Translations under genes and position numbers: made by a program | In this document: positions 63,225 through 64,000 of the stretch, in pieces | Numbering within the stretch: position 1 is the first letter of the stretch | Layout: every line of letters starts with the position of its first letter | Notes under the pieces: generated by a model | Database searches by the model: none | Told to the model about the DNA's origin: nothing | Seen by the model: only the letters and a program-made list of their open reading frames with translations | NCBI GenBank assembly: GCA_043228905.1 | Contig: JBHGNT010000016.1 | Span: forward strand, 6,324,001-6,388,000 | DNA from: Azolla caroliniana | Lineage: Eukaryota > Plantae > Polypodiophyta | Length of the DNA: 64,000 nucleotides | Reading direction: 5' to 3'

Positions 63225-64000
63225 CTGTACACAAATAAAAACATTTTTCAAAATCTACTATAAAGACCTCTCTCTCTCCCCCCCCTCCTTTTCAAAACTA
63301 GAATTTGGGCTCTTTATCTTATTGTATTATCTTCTATGAATGTTTCAACTTCTAGTTGTGTTACTAGGATTTGAGCTCTTTATCTTATTGTATTATCTCC
63401 TATTAATTATCAATAAAAGAAATACCAAAAGAGGTATCAATCTTTGGCTCTAATAAGGTATCAAATACTTTGAAAAGGGACAATCCAGCCTCTTGAGTGC
63501 GAATACAAAATTTCTACAAGGGTCATAACGAGAACAAAACTTCTCCAGTGGCGAAATAAGCAAATTTGGTGGTCCAATTGGATTTATTTTATCAGTCTCT
63601 AGAAGTTTTTTAGGTCCATTTAACTTATCAAACCTTGATAAAACCAGTTTTTTATTTTAACAAAACGCTGCATGGCCTATGGATGAATAGTTTGGATTAT
63701 CAACTTATTCCAGCACATGAAACGGATAGAAATGCACTCCTACCATTTGAATATAAGCCTTGATTTGCCCACTTTTTGCCATGACTAAGTCAAAGAGAAA
63801 TAAGAGGTATCTGTGGACACTAGATACAGAAAGAACTTGGTTCCATCGAAAAATCAGCTAAGCAACATGATGTGGCCAGGTATGAGTCTCTTCTTACATG
63901 TATCCCCAAATGGTTTCATTATTCATGCCAAGTATATATACACGGCTCACATGCCCTTTCCACAGTTTAGAGAAATGCACAAGTGATGACGATGCTATGT

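Overview
Land-plant nuclear DNA (AT-rich, spliceosomal introns, many microsatellites). The repeat families suggest a seed-free vascular plant such as a fern or lycophyte, but this is inference only. There are four host genes: a complete ~30-exon clathrin heavy chain (+, 3314-14395), a two-exon TMK/BARK1-type LRR receptor kinase (+, 18623-22261), a 10-exon cytosolic ALDH2C-type aldehyde dehydrogenase (+, 49401-53066) and the 3' part of a bifunctional RIBA (DHBP synthase/GTP cyclohydrolase II; -, 60187->63224). The intergenic DNA is mostly decayed transposons. It includes a three-level nest (putative solo LTR inside a Ty3/gypsy element inside a Ty1/copia remnant), three non-autonomous hAT elements with exact 8-bp TSDs, several L1-like and RTE-like LINE fragments, a small plastid insertion (trnV-UAC/trnM-CAU) and many young local tandem duplications. 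The most unusual object is the gypsy element at 25942-34231. It lacks the integrase core, carries a ~490-codon coiled-coil extra ORF and an R/D/Y-rich Gag tail, and appears to have inserted without a target-site duplication. I found no CRISPR array or prokaryote-type system. Coordinates were counted by eye, so exon and TE-remnant borders may be off by a few bases.
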